Positions 29,016-38,730 of a DNA stretch of 64,000 nucleotides are shown piece by piece. Position 1 is the first letter of the stretch; every line of letters starts with the position of its first letter. The translations under genes and the position numbers were made by a program. The DNA is taken from positions 695-64,694 of the forward strand of contig JAFSHA010000017.1 in NCBI GenBank assembly GCA_017440565.1, in the 5' to 3' direction. The notes under the pieces were generated by a model. It had not been told where the DNA came from. It did not search any database and saw only the letters and a program-made list of their open reading frames with translations. The stretch comes from Eggerthellaceae bacterium. Its GTDB lineage: Bacteria; Actinomycetota; Coriobacteriia; Coriobacteriales; Eggerthellaceae.

Positions 29016-30323
29016 CTACTTCCCCACCACTTCGTCGAGCCACAGCTGCTCTATGACGGGAACCACCGGGCCGGCGGGCTCGGCGATGCGGTGCGTCAGA
29101 AGCTCAGTCATGGGCAGGTCGGCTGCGCCAAGTTCGACGCTGTCGAAGGCGGCGCGTTCGTCGGCCGAAAGCTTCTCAACATCGAGCACGCTCATGTTGC
29201 CGAGCACTTGGTACTGATCAAGCTGCATGGCCGGCGAGATAACCTCGTTGATGGCCACGAGCGCGGCGGCCTTGTGCGGGGCGTTCGCCGCAATGGCCAT
29301 GAAATTAGAATTGCCCACCGTGCCCGTCTCGAAGATGAACGAGCGCGTGGTTTCGGGCAGCGAGCCGTCGGCCACGAGCGCCTGCGGAGAGCCGTAGCCC
29401 ATGTTCATGAGCAACTCGCCGTCGGCGTACATGGTGGAAACGAGCGTCGAGTCGGCTGGGAAGGTCTTGCCCTGCTGCCACAGGTGCGGGTTAAGCTCGC
29501 GCAGATACGCGAGACCGGGATCGATGATGGCCTTCACCGCCTCGGGCGTGGCCTCGGCCTTGCTCATCATGGAAAGCTTCTCGAACTCTTCCTTGCCGAT
29601 GACGCCGGCAATGAGGCAGCAAACGAAAGCCGTTCCCGTGAAGTCGCCAGGCTCAGGATAGGTTACCTTGCCGGGGTTTTCCTTGCAGAAGGCAAGCAGC
29701 GCCTCGAGGGTGGTCGGCGGGTTGGGCACTTTCGCCGAGTCGACCCACATCTGCATCTGGGTTTTCCCGTAGGGGGTTTCGAAACCCTCGACCGGGCTTC
29801 CGAAATCGTAGGCAACTTCCGCATCTTCGGGGTCGATATAGGCGTTGAAGTTGGGCAGGTACTCGCAGAAGGGGCCCCACAGGTAGCCGTTTTCCTTGCA
29901 GGTGTAGAAGTTCTCGCCGTTGATCCAGATGAAGTCGATGGTGCCCTGCTCGACCTGGGCCTGCATCTCGCCGGAAAGCTGGGTGAGGATGTCGTTGATG
30001 TCCATGCCCACGAGGTCAAGCGTGATGTCGTACTTATCCTTGAGCGTAGGGGCGAGCACGTCCTCGATCCAGCTGTTGCGCGGCTCGCTGCCGCCCCAGC
30101 CGTACCAGGTAACCGTCTGACCCTTGGCGGCCTCAAGCACCGCATCCCAGTTGGCGTAGTCAACATCGGCCGCGACGGGCCCGCCCGCGCCACCTTCCGC
30201 CTCACCACCGACGCCGCTCGTGCACGCCGTAAGAGACCCCGCGGCAACGGCCGCACCAGCTGCCGCCGCCAGCGAGACAAAGCCGCGACGCGTCATTGCC
30301 GCCGCATTAGACCTATTGCTCAT
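29016..30323 (-). CDS. ABC transporter substrate-binding lipoprotein (Tat signal plus lipobox)
   Basis: Trimmed to ATG 30321-30323. MSNRSNAAAMTRRGFVSLAAAAG...SLTAC, followed by a family-1-type solute-binding body. Confidence 0.8.
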   Translation of the reverse strand: MSNRSNAAAMTRRGFVSLAAAAGAAVAAGSLTACTSGVGGEAEGGAGGPVAADVDYANWDAVLEAAKGQTVTWYGWGGSEPRNSWIEDVLAPTLKDKYDITLDLVGMDINDILTQLSGEMQAQVEQGTIDFIWINGENFYTCKENGYLWGPFCEYLPNFNAYIDPEDAEVAYDFGSPVEGFETPYGKTQMQMWVDSAKVPNPPTTLEALLAFCKENPGKVTYPEPGDFTGTAFVCCLIAGVIGKEEFEKLSMMSKAEATPEAVKAIIDPGLAYLRELNPHLWQQGKTFPADSTLVSTMYADGELLMNMGYGSPQALVADGSLPETTRSFIFETGTVGNSNFMAIAANAPHKAAALVAINEVISPAMQLDQYQVLGNMSVLDVEKLSADERAAFDSVELGAADLPMTELLTHRIAEPAGPVVPVIEQLWLDEVVGK

Positions 30324-30393
30324 TTGCATTCCTTCCCATTCGTCCAATTCCGCATCCTCGATCTTTTGTCGATCGCAGCAACTATAGGACTAG

Positions 30394-30419
30394 GTCTACT
30401 ATAGAATATCATCCAATAT
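30394..30419 (-). promoter_or_regulatory. Copy 1 of a duplicated 26-bp box upstream of the SBP gene
   Basis: GTCTACTATAGAATATCATCCAATAT versus GTCTACTATAAGATTATGTCCAATAC at 31620-31645. They share GTCTACTATA..AT....TCCAATA. The minus-strand reading contains TTGGAT/TATAGT promoter-like hexamers. Confidence 0.5.
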
Positions 30420-30531
30420 CGCGCAACGCAGTTTCGGGCGAAAGCGCGCGAATGGCCCCTTCCCCATCTTGGCGGCGGTCGGTGGTGCCTAGCGCTTGGC
30501 GTCTGGTGGTGCGCGGTGGAGTTTGGCGGCG

Positions 30532-31572
30532 CTAGAGGAAAAAGCGCTCGCGCGTGCTTTCGAGGAAGGCGTGGTCAACGTACTCCGCAAGCTTCTTGCG
30601 GGTTTTCTCGTTCTTGATGGGCACAGAAGGGTCGGCGTAGTCGACGATGGCCTTCGCGCTCCACGTGATGCCGCGTAGGCAATTCATCATGACGTAGGCA
30701 CCGAAGCGCTCCTCGAACGCGCCCACGCCGAAGCGTCCATCCACGGCACGCCAATACTCCCGCACGAACGCCTCGCGCTCGGCGTCATCGAAGATGAAGC
30801 GCGTGTCCCAAATGGTGGTTGTGGGGCTCAGGAAATACGCGACGTCTTGGGCCACCTCGCCCACGACGGCCTTCTCCCAGTCGAGGAAGCTCCCGGCATC
30901 GTCCGATCCCGTGAAGCGGAAGTGCGCCGCAATAGCCTCGGTGTTGAGGATGTGGCGGCAATCGGATGCGGGACAAGGCGTGTCGAGCGAACGGCGCGCC
31001 CGCGACAGCATGTCTTCCACGATGCTTAGCACGAACGGGTCGGCCCCAGCGAAGGTGCGGTAGCGCTCAAACATACCCGCGCATTCAAGATACTGCGCGT
31101 GAAGGGGATCATCAGGCTTGATAATGCCACTTTCAGGCGGCACCGAGACGGCGTGCACGTCGGCAAGAAGGCGAGCCGCACGCGTCACGTCGCGCAGCTT
31201 CAGGTAGTCAAGCCCTTCGCCATCGCAGAACGTGGTCACCAGAAGCGCTCGGTCGACTATCGTGCGCGACTCGTCCACGAACAGGGCCCGCGGGGTGCAC
31301 CCGCTTGACTCGAGGCCCTTGAGCACGTTGAACTCATACTCGGCCTGGCGAGGAAGGTTCATCTGACTAACGTAATTGACGCGCAGGACGAAGCGCTCAC
31401 CCGTTTCGGGGTGCGCAAACCAGAAGTTCGAGTTGTGCTCGCCTTGAGCAAGCGAACGAGCGGAAAGGGGCGCTTTCGCAGGGATGCCAAGCGCAGCGCG
31501 CAGTTCATCGGATGCGTCTAGATAGCGCTGGGCAACGCCGTGTCCGACCTGCTGGGTCCCCGCGTCCTGCAT
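30532..31572 (-). CDS. APH/choline-kinase-fold phosphotransferase
   Basis: 346 aa. LAQGEHNSNFWF (nucleotide-binding loop-like), HILNTEA, FLDWEKAVVGEVAQDVAYF (Brenner/APH-like). RBS GGGAGGA. Confidence 0.75.
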   Translation of the reverse strand: MQDAGTQQVGHGVAQRYLDASDELRAALGIPAKAPLSARSLAQGEHNSNFWFAHPETGERFVLRVNYVSQMNLPRQAEYEFNVLKGLESSGCTPRALFVDESRTIVDRALLVTTFCDGEGLDYLKLRDVTRAARLLADVHAVSVPPESGIIKPDDPLHAQYLECAGMFERYRTFAGADPFVLSIVEDMLSRARRSLDTPCPASDCRHILNTEAIAAHFRFTGSDDAGSFLDWEKAVVGEVAQDVAYFLSPTTTIWDTRFIFDDAEREAFVREYWRAVDGRFGVGAFEERFGAYVMMNCLRGITWSAKAIVDYADPSVPIKNEKTRKKLAEYVDHAFLESTRERFFL

Positions 31573-31619
31573 GCCATCCTCCCGCTTCGAAACGCACCTT
31601 CATTACCGGGCAATAATAC

Positions 31620-31645
31620 GTCTACTATAAGATTATGTCCAATAC
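31620..31645 (-). promoter_or_regulatory. Copy 2 of the duplicated 26-bp box, in the divergent kinase / nucleoside-hydrolase spacer
   Basis: See copy 1. The minus strand reads TTGGAC-18 nt-TATTAT, upstream of the kinase ATG (31572). Confidence 0.5.
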
Positions 31646-31716
31646 TGCAGTGAACCGGCCCGCCCAAAGGCTATCATGGGTACGCTACGGTATTTCGATT
31701 CGAATTCGGAGGGGCA

Positions 31717-32592
31717 ATGGGCAAGCGGGTTATCGTCGACTTTGACAACACGATGGGGGTTCGCGGATGCGACGTCGATGACGGGTTGGCGCTGCTGTAC
31801 TTGCTGGGATGCCCTGACGTGCAGGTGGAGGGCATTTGCACGACCTACGGCAACAACAAGCTGGATGTCGTGCATGCCAACACCTTGCATCTCGTTGAAG
31901 AATGGGGTCTTGACGTGCCCGTTTACCGCGGTGGCGAGTTTGGCAGCGCGCCCGAAGGCAACGAGGCAGCCCGCTTTATCGCCGACGCTACACGCAAGGA
32001 TCCCGAGCAGGTAAGTGTCATCGCCACCGGATCGATGACCAACCTCGGTTGCGCACGCGACCTTGACCCCGACGCGCTCAATCGTGCCGAAGGGCTCTAC
32101 CTCATGGGCGGCATCACGGAAAGCCTCGTTATCAACGGGCACATCATGGACGAGCTCAATCTCTCGTGCGATGCGCGCGCCGTGCGCGCGACCCTTTCCG
32201 CTGCCTGCCCCGTGCACGTAGCCACGGCGCAAAACTGCATGCCCGCGTTTTTCGGCAAGGACGACCTCGAGCGCACGTTCGGCTCCGACTCGTGGATGAC
32301 GCGTACCTGCGCGTACTGGTTTTCCGACATGGAGGACGCCTACCTATGGGACGGCTGGGTGTGCTGGGACGTGGTGACAGCAGCATATGCCGTGCACCCT
32401 GAGCTGTTCGAAGACGCGCCCTTTAACGTGACCCTCAACGAGACCCTCTTGGGTGTTGGATACCTGGAACGCGCCCGCGAAGGCGCCCCTGCCGCGCGCA
32501 TCAACGCCCCCGTCATCAAAAACCCCGCTGCCTTCAAGCAGAACGTGCTGACCGCCTGGAAGCGCGCAGTCGACAGGCTGGGGCTCGACTAG
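31717..32592 (+). CDS. Nucleoside hydrolase (IUNH family)
   Basis: N-terminal Asp cluster VIVDFDNTMGVRGCDVDDGLAL. 291 aa. RBS GGAGGGG. Confidence 0.8.
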   Translation: MGKRVIVDFDNTMGVRGCDVDDGLALLYLLGCPDVQVEGICTTYGNNKLDVVHANTLHLVEEWGLDVPVYRGGEFGSAPEGNEAARFIADATRKDPEQVSVIATGSMTNLGCARDLDPDALNRAEGLYLMGGITESLVINGHIMDELNLSCDARAVRATLSAACPVHVATAQNCMPAFFGKDDLERTFGSDSWMTRTCAYWFSDMEDAYLWDGWVCWDVVTAAYAVHPELFEDAPFNVTLNETLLGVGYLERAREGAPAARINAPVIKNPAAFKQNVLTAWKRAVDRLGLD

Positions 32593-32637
32593 CACAAGGC
32601 GGCCGCAAAGCGTGAAGCCTAGCTGTCCTAAAAGGGC

Positions 32638-33117
32638 CTATTCCGCAAACTTCTTCTCCAGGGCCTCGCGCACGCAGGCGGGCACAAAGGGCTCAAGCTC
32701 GCCGTGCATGCTGGCAATCTCGCGCACGATGGACGAGGACAGGTACATGTACTGCGGCGGCGACATGATGAAGATGGTCTCAAGGCCCGGGTCAAGCTGG
32801 TAGTTGAGCGCCGTCATCTGGAATTCGTACTCGAAATCGGTGATAGCGCGCAGGCCCTTGATGAGGATCTCGGCATCCATCTTGCGCGCGAAGTCGACCA
32901 GCAGCCCGTCGAAGGGCTCGACACGCACGTTGGGAAGGTGCGCGGTTGCCTGGCGCACCAGCTCGCAGCGCTCTTCAAGGGAAAACAGCGGCTTTTTCTT
33001 ATCGGACACGGCCACGGCAACGATGATCTCGTCAACCAGTTGCGCGGCGCGGCTGATGACGTCGAGGTGACCCTCGGTAATGGGGTCGAACGTTCCGGGA
33101 GTGAGGGCGCGAATCAT
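32638..33117 (-). CDS. coaD: Phosphopantetheine adenylyltransferase
   Basis: LTPGTFDPITEGHLDVISRA is typical of CoaD. 159 aa. Confidence 0.95.
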   Translation of the reverse strand: MIRALTPGTFDPITEGHLDVISRAAQLVDEIIVAVAVSDKKKPLFSLEERCELVRQATAHLPNVRVEPFDGLLVDFARKMDAEILIKGLRAITDFEYEFQMTALNYQLDPGLETIFIMSPPQYMYLSSSIVREIASMHGELEPFVPACVREALEKKFAE

Positions 33118-33153
33118 GAGCTTGATCCAATCTGTAAGGGCGGGCCAAACGGC

Positions 33154-33726
33154 CTATCGAACGAGAATGTCTATCACAGTATCGCCAAAGCCGCGACGAG
33201 AGGCAAGTTCGAAGGGGCCGTGCGATATGCACTCGTCGACGGCGGCATTCGCGTCGGAGGCGTGCTCGTAGCTGACAACCACCTCGGCGTCGAGCATGCC
33301 AGCTGCGTCAAGGCGCGCAAGCAGGGCGAACACGTCGGCTGCGGCAATGGCGTACGGCGGGTCGAGCAGCACGAGATCGTAAGGTGCGGACGCCGCGGGA
33401 ATGCTTCCCTTCAGCACGTCGGCGCGCTGCACGCGCGCACTTTCACGCCCATATCGCAGGGTTCGCACGTTCTCCTCGATGACTTTGAGGGCACCCGGGT
33501 CCTTCTCGCAAAAGCATGCGAAGGCGCCGCCCCGGCTCAAGACCTCAAGCCCCAAGCCGCCCGAACCCGCGAAGGCATCAAGCACCACGGCATCCTCGAA
33601 GCCGCCACGTGCGCTTGAAAGCGCGCTCATGAGGGACTCGCGCACGCGATCGGTAGTCGGGCGCGTGCCCATGCCCTTCGGCGCCTTAAGCGGCCTTCCC
33701 CTATGCTCACCTGCGATAATGCGCAT
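33154..33726 (-). CDS. rsmD: 16S rRNA (guanine966-N2)-methyltransferase RsmD
   Basis: MRIIAGEHRGRPLKAP...TRPTTDRVRE, LDAFAGSGGLGLE, LDPPY. Confidence 0.9.
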   Translation of the reverse strand: MRIIAGEHRGRPLKAPKGMGTRPTTDRVRESLMSALSSARGGFEDAVVLDAFAGSGGLGLEVLSRGGAFACFCEKDPGALKVIEENVRTLRYGRESARVQRADVLKGSIPAASAPYDLVLLDPPYAIAAADVFALLARLDAAGMLDAEVVVSYEHASDANAAVDECISHGPFELASRRGFGDTVIDILVR

Positions 33727-33765
33727 GGATTTCCCTTCTCGTGAAAACGCCGCCCCGAACGCGGC

Positions 33766-36030
33766 CTACATGTATATGTTACCTGACGACTGCGGAAACA
33801 GAATGCGCAGCTCGCGGGCGAGCGCCTGATGGTCGGGCGCCTCAAGCTGCGGATCGGCCTCAAGCAGAGCGGCCGCATCGGCATGCGCCGCCTCGATGAT
33901 GCGTCCGTCTCGCGCGACGTTGACCAGCTTGAGCACCGACGCGCCGTGCTGCCTGTTTCCCAAGATGTCGCCCTCGCGGCGCAGGGAAAGATCGAGCGTG
34001 GCCAGCTCGAAGCCGTCGTCGGTGGTCTCCATGGCGCGCAGGCGGGCAAGCGCCGCATCATGTTTCGACGCGGAAACCAGGTACACCTCGCCGGCAAGGC
34101 GCCCGCGCCCCACGCGCCCGCGCAGCTGATGCAGCTGCGAAAGCCCGAATCGGTCGGCGTCCTCGATGATCATCACCGTCGCGTTGGGAACGTCGACGCC
34201 CACCTCGATGACGGTGGTCGCCACGAGCACCTGCGTCTCGCCCGAGCGGAAGCGCTCCATGACGGCCTGCTTCTCAGCCGCACCCATCTTGCCGTGCAGA
34301 AGCTCCACCTTGTAGTCGATGAACACGGTTTCCTGAAGGATCTGCGCCTCACGGCTGGCAGCGGTCACATCGTCGTGGGCAAGGTCCCCATCGCCCTCGA
34401 TGGCAACGATAGGGCAAGCCCCCTCGGACTCCTCTTCGTCGCGACGGGCAACCGAGGCCGCATCGCGCTCGGCGCTGTCCTTTCCGACAAGTGGGCACAC
34501 CACGTAGGCCTGCTCGCCGCGCGCAAGTGCGGCAAGCGCCGCATCGTAGGCAATTCCGCGCTGGTCCTTGTGCACCACGCACGTGACGCGCGGGGCCGTC
34601 TGAAGGGGGCGCTGCTTGATGTAGGAAAGCGTCAGGTTGCCAAACAGCGCAAGCGCAAGCGAGCGCGGGATGGGCGTGGCCGTGAGGAAAAGCGCGTCGG
34701 GCGCCTCGCCCTTTCCCAGCAGCTTCGCGCGCTGGTCGACGCCGAATCGCTGCTGCTCGTCCACGACGGCAAGCGTGAGGTTTTTCGCCACCACGTCGTC
34801 TTCCAGAAGCGCGTGCGTGCCCAAAAGCACGTCGATCTCGCCCGCAGCGAAATCCGCCACCACCTGCGCGCGTTCGGAAGGCGGCGTCGAGCCCGTGAGC
34901 AGGGCGCACGTGATTCCCACCTGGCCAAGCAGATCGCCCAGGCCCTTCGCATGCTGGCGCGCCAGAACCTCGGTGGGCGCAAGCAGCATGGCCTGGCCAC
35001 CCGTGTCGACAGCCGCCGCCAGCGCGAATGCCGCGACCACGGTCTTTCCCGTGCCAACATCGCCGAGCAGCATGTGGTTGGCGGCCGTCGGCGCCGCCAT
35101 AACGCGGAATATGTCGGCACGTGCGGCCTTCTGCTCGTCGGTGAGCGCAAAGGGCAACACGGTGTCAAGCGCGGCGACGTAAAGCCCGTCGGTCACGTGC
35201 GCAGTGGCCTTCTTCCCCATGCCGCGAAGCGCGCCTTCCTGCATGAGGTGCAGCTCGAGCAAAAGGAGCTCCTCATACGCTAATCGACGGCGCGCCTGAC
35301 GCACCTCCTCCATCGAAAGCGGCTCGTGAATGCACGAGAGCGCCGAGGTGCGGCTCATGAGCCGGTATCTCAGACGCAAGTCGAGTGGCAGCGGATCATG
35401 CAGGCCGCTTACCGCCTCGAGGCCGTTTCCCACGATGCGGCGCATCCAAGCAGCGGAAACCTTCTCGCACGCAGGATGCACGGGCACCACCATGCCGCTT
35501 ACCTGCCCGGAAGCTTCGTCAAGCTCCTGCAGGAAGGGGCTCGTCATGCGCTTGAAGCCGTAGCTGAACTCCACCTTGCCGGCAACGGCCAGGCGATCGC
35601 CCTGCTTGATGGACTCGGCAAGCCACGGCTGGCGAAACATGGTGACAATAAGCACGCCCGTGCCGTCGACGATGCTTATCTCCACAAGCGAAAGGCGCGG
35701 GCGCGGCTTTTTCAGCGTTACCTCATGGACCGTGCCGGAAATGGTGCAGCTCTCCCCTATGCGCGCCTGCGCGATGCTTTTCACCGCCGAAAGGTCGATA
35801 TAGCGACGCGGGTAGTTTGCCAGGAGGTCTCGTATGGTGCGGATGCCCATCTTCTCGAGGGCCGCTGCACGCGCCGGGCTTACCTGCCGCACGCGCGAAA
35901 CCGGCTGCTCGAGTGCGAGCGTAGCTGCCAGCCTGTCAGGCGGAAGCGCGCTTTTGTTCTTCTCGACAGCCAATCGGCCCTCCTCACGAAACTTCATCGA
36001 ACACGCATTGTCTCGCAGCATCGACGACAC
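33766..36030 (-). CDS. recG: ATP-dependent DNA helicase RecG
   Basis: Wedge domain, Walker A GDVGTGKT, DEQQRFG, and helicase C motifs QLHQLRGRVGRG. The exact start is uncertain (several in-frame Met near 36030). Confidence 0.9.
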   Translation of the reverse strand: MSSMLRDNACSMKFREEGRLAVEKNKSALPPDRLAATLALEQPVSRVRQVSPARAAALEKMGIRTIRDLLANYPRRYIDLSAVKSIAQARIGESCTISGTVHEVTLKKPRPRLSLVEISIVDGTGVLIVTMFRQPWLAESIKQGDRLAVAGKVEFSYGFKRMTSPFLQELDEASGQVSGMVVPVHPACEKVSAAWMRRIVGNGLEAVSGLHDPLPLDLRLRYRLMSRTSALSCIHEPLSMEEVRQARRRLAYEELLLLELHLMQEGALRGMGKKATAHVTDGLYVAALDTVLPFALTDEQKAARADIFRVMAAPTAANHMLLGDVGTGKTVVAAFALAAAVDTGGQAMLLAPTEVLARQHAKGLGDLLGQVGITCALLTGSTPPSERAQVVADFAAGEIDVLLGTHALLEDDVVAKNLTLAVVDEQQRFGVDQRAKLLGKGEAPDALFLTATPIPRSLALALFGNLTLSYIKQRPLQTAPRVTCVVHKDQRGIAYDAALAALARGEQAYVVCPLVGKDSAERDAASVARRDEEESEGACPIVAIEGDGDLAHDDVTAASREAQILQETVFIDYKVELLHGKMGAAEKQAVMERFRSGETQVLVATTVIEVGVDVPNATVMIIEDADRFGLSQLHQLRGRVGRGRLAGEVYLVSASKHDAALARLRAMETTDDGFELATLDLSLRREGDILGNRQHGASVLKLVNVARDGRIIEAAHADAAALLEADPQLEAPDHQALARELRILFPQSSGNIYM

Positions 36031-36045
36031 GGCGCCCTAAACACG

Positions 36046-36068
36046 AAAAGCCCGCGATGCGGGCTTCC
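36046..36068 (-). terminator. Intrinsic terminator after rpmB
   Basis: Minus strand AAGCCCGC-ATC-GCGGGCTT followed by TTCGTGTTT. Confidence 0.6.
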
Positions 36069-36103
36069 CGAAAGATCTAACAGACCCTGAGGTCGAAGAG
36101 GAG

Positions 36104-36295
36104 TTAGGCGCGGTCGACCTTGCCAGCCTTCATGCAGCTGGTGCAGACGTTGGCGCGACGGACATGGCCGTTAGCCTCCTTGATGGTGATCTTCTGCACG
36201 TTCGGGCGGAACGTACGGTTGGAGACGCGGTGGGAGTGGCTGATGCTACGACCAGCAGAGGGTGCCTTACCGCAAACTTCGCAAACCTTGGACAT
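36104..36295 (-). CDS. rpmB: 50S ribosomal protein L28
   Basis: Trimmed to ATG 36293-36295. MSKVCEVCGKAPSAGRSISHSHRVSNRTFRPNVQK. Confidence 0.95.
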   Translation of the reverse strand: MSKVCEVCGKAPSAGRSISHSHRVSNRTFRPNVQKITIKEANGHVRRANVCTSCMKAGKVDRA

Positions 36296-36544
36296 GTCAA
36301 TCAACTCCATTTACTAACAATACTTATCGGCCCCCTTGCGCGAGCCGGTATCAACACAAAGCCTATCTATATTACCACACAGAACTGAAGTGGTTCAAGA
36401 ATTATTTGTGGAATATGCTTTGGCCATATAAGCACTTCCGTACGCGCGCAATTTGGCATGCGGTATACTATCCCGATGAGATCAAACGGCAGGTGAGAAT
36501 CTGCCTGAGAGGCCGCGATGCGCGGCCGCATGGAAAGGAGCATC

Positions 36545-36892
36545 ATGAGCACTGCGATCCCCGGCAACCTGCATGTCGCCAATGACGTGCTGGCCGACAT
36601 CGTCGGCAACGCCGCGATGGAATGCTACGGCGTGGTCGGCATGACCGCCCCTAGCGCCGCCGACGGCATTGCCAAGATCCTGCCCGCCTCGCGCCTGCGT
36701 CGCGGCGTGGTGGTCAACACCACCGAAGAAGGCGTGCACGTCGACCTTTACGTGGTCATCGAGTACGGCACCAACATCTCCACGGTGTCGCGCAACCTCG
36801 TCGACCAGGTCAGCTTCGCCCTCACCGAGTACGCACGCGTTCCGCTCGCGGGCGTCGAGGTTCACGTACAAGACGTCAAGGTGCGCCGCTAA
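36545..36892 (+). CDS. Asp23/Gls24 family envelope-stress protein
   Basis: Trimmed to ATG 36545 after AAGGAG. VANDVLADIVGNAAMECYGVVGM is typical of Asp23. It precedes yloV as in Firmicutes. Confidence 0.85.
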   Translation: MSTAIPGNLHVANDVLADIVGNAAMECYGVVGMTAPSAADGIAKILPASRLRRGVVVNTTEEGVHVDLYVVIEYGTNISTVSRNLVDQVSFALTEYARVPLAGVEVHVQDVKVRR

Positions 36893-36973
36893 GCGCATCC
36901 CCTATCAGCCGGCCGCGCTTAAGGCGCTCAAAGCGCCCGAGTGCCGCCTGCAATCAAGGAGAATTAAACCCGT

Positions 36974-38614
36974 ATGTCCACCTACACCACCAACGACATC
37001 CTCAACGCCATAGCCGTCGCAAGCCGCACGCTTGGCGAGCGCAAGGAAGAAGTCAACCGCCTCAACGTGTTCCCCGTGCCCGACGGCGACACCGGCACCA
37101 ACATGTCGCTTACCGTCGAAAGCGTCGTGAGCAACATTGCCAAGCTGCCCATCGGCGCTGACGGCGCGGCCGTTCGCAAGGCCATCACCACCGGCGCGCT
37201 CATGGGCGCACGCGGAAATTCCGGCGTCATCACCTCGCAGATCCTGCGCGGTCTGTGCGAGGGCAGCGTCGGCGCCGACGAGCTTTCCACCCACTACATC
37301 GCCAACGCCTTCGAGCGTGCCGTCGAGGTGGCATTCCAGGCCGTGCGCAAGCCGGTCGAGGGCACCATCCTCACCGTGCTGCGCGACAGCGCTACTGCCG
37401 CCGTGCAGGCCCGCAAGGACCGCCTCTCCACCGAGGAGGCGCTCGACGCCATCGTGAAGGAGGCGTACGCCTCGGTTCAGCGCACGCCCGAGTTCCTGCC
37501 CGTGCTGAAGGAAAACGGCGTGGTCGACGCAGGCGGATACGGCTTGGCCATCCTGTTCGACTCCTTCGTGGCCGCCATCACCGGCAAGGAAGGCACCATG
37601 GTCGACGAGCTTGCCTTCGCGCGCGCCGGCGCCGCCCCGAAGGTTGAGATCGAGCAGATCAACGACTGGGAGGGCTCGCAGTACCGCTACTGCAACGAGT
37701 TCCTGGTCGATTCCGACACGCTTGACCCCGAGGAGGCCCTCGAGTTTTTGGCCACCATGGGCGACTGCGAGCTGTGCGTGGGCTCCACCCCCAAATTCAA
37801 GGTCCACGTGCACTCCAACACCCCCGACAAGGTGCTGGCCTACTTCCTCGAGCGCGGCCAGATCTCCGAGGTGTTCATCCACAACATGCAGCTGCAAAGC
37901 GCCGAGCGCACCGAGAAGCTTGCCGCCGAGCAGGTCGAGGAAGCTGGCGAGCACAAGGCCATCGGCTTCGTCGCCGTGGCTGCAGGCGCCGGCAATGCCA
38001 ACATCCTGAAGAGCCTGGGCGTTGACGTGGTGGTTTCCGGCGGGCAGACCATGAACCCGTCGACGAAGGACCTGCTTGACGCCGTCGAGAAGGTAAACGC
38101 CGACGCCGTTATCATCCTTCCCAACAACTCCAACATCATCATGGCCGCCCAAAGCGCCTGCGGCCTGGCTGAGATCCCTTGCGGCGTGGTGCCCACCAAG
38201 AGCGTTCCGCAGGCTTTCGCCGCCATGTTCGTGGTTGACCAGGAGGCCAGCCTTGAAGACAACATCGCCGAGATGACCGAAGCCTACGCCGAGGTGAAGA
38301 CCGGCGAGGTGACCACCGCCATCAAGGACTCCAAGGACGCGCACGACAACCCCATCAAAAACGGCGACGTTATCGGCATTGCCGACGGCTCCATCGAGGC
38401 GGTCGACGAAACGGTTGAAGCCGTAGTCATGAAGCTTCTGGCCTACATGGAGGCGGAAGATGCCGACACGCTCACCCTCCTTGCTGGCGAGGACATGGAT
38501 GACGATGCCCTCGAGGCCTTGGTGGCCCAGATCGAAGAGGCCTACGACGATCTCGAAATCGACGCCCAGCGCGGCGAGCAGCCCCTCTACCCCATCATCC
38601 TGTCGGTCGAGTAA
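36974..38614 (+). CDS. DAK2-domain fusion protein YloV
   Basis: VFPVPDGDTGTNM (Dak2 phosphatase-like motif). 546 aa with the conserved asp23-yloV pairing. Confidence 0.9.
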   Translation: MSTYTTNDILNAIAVASRTLGERKEEVNRLNVFPVPDGDTGTNMSLTVESVVSNIAKLPIGADGAAVRKAITTGALMGARGNSGVITSQILRGLCEGSVGADELSTHYIANAFERAVEVAFQAVRKPVEGTILTVLRDSATAAVQARKDRLSTEEALDAIVKEAYASVQRTPEFLPVLKENGVVDAGGYGLAILFDSFVAAITGKEGTMVDELAFARAGAAPKVEIEQINDWEGSQYRYCNEFLVDSDTLDPEEALEFLATMGDCELCVGSTPKFKVHVHSNTPDKVLAYFLERGQISEVFIHNMQLQSAERTEKLAAEQVEEAGEHKAIGFVAVAAGAGNANILKSLGVDVVVSGGQTMNPSTKDLLDAVEKVNADAVIILPNNSNIIMAAQSACGLAEIPCGVVPTKSVPQAFAAMFVVDQEASLEDNIAEMTEAYAEVKTGEVTTAIKDSKDAHDNPIKNGDVIGIADGSIEAVDETVEAVVMKLLAYMEAEDADTLTLLAGEDMDDDALEALVAQIEEAYDDLEIDAQRGEQPLYPIILSVE

Positions 38615-38638
38615 GCGCCCACCGTATTCCAAGCACGA

Positions 38639-38665
38639 AAGAAGCCCGCATCCCGCGGGCTTCTT
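38639..38665 (+). terminator. Intrinsic terminator after yloV
   Basis: AAGAAGCCCGC-ATCCC-GCGGGCTTCTT (11-bp stem) followed by CTTTCATT. Confidence 0.7.
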
Positions 38666-38730
38666 CTTTCATTGGAACAGGGAGGGTAGCCCCACTCCAT
38701 CATCCTGCCCCAGCTCCCTCCCCTCATCCG

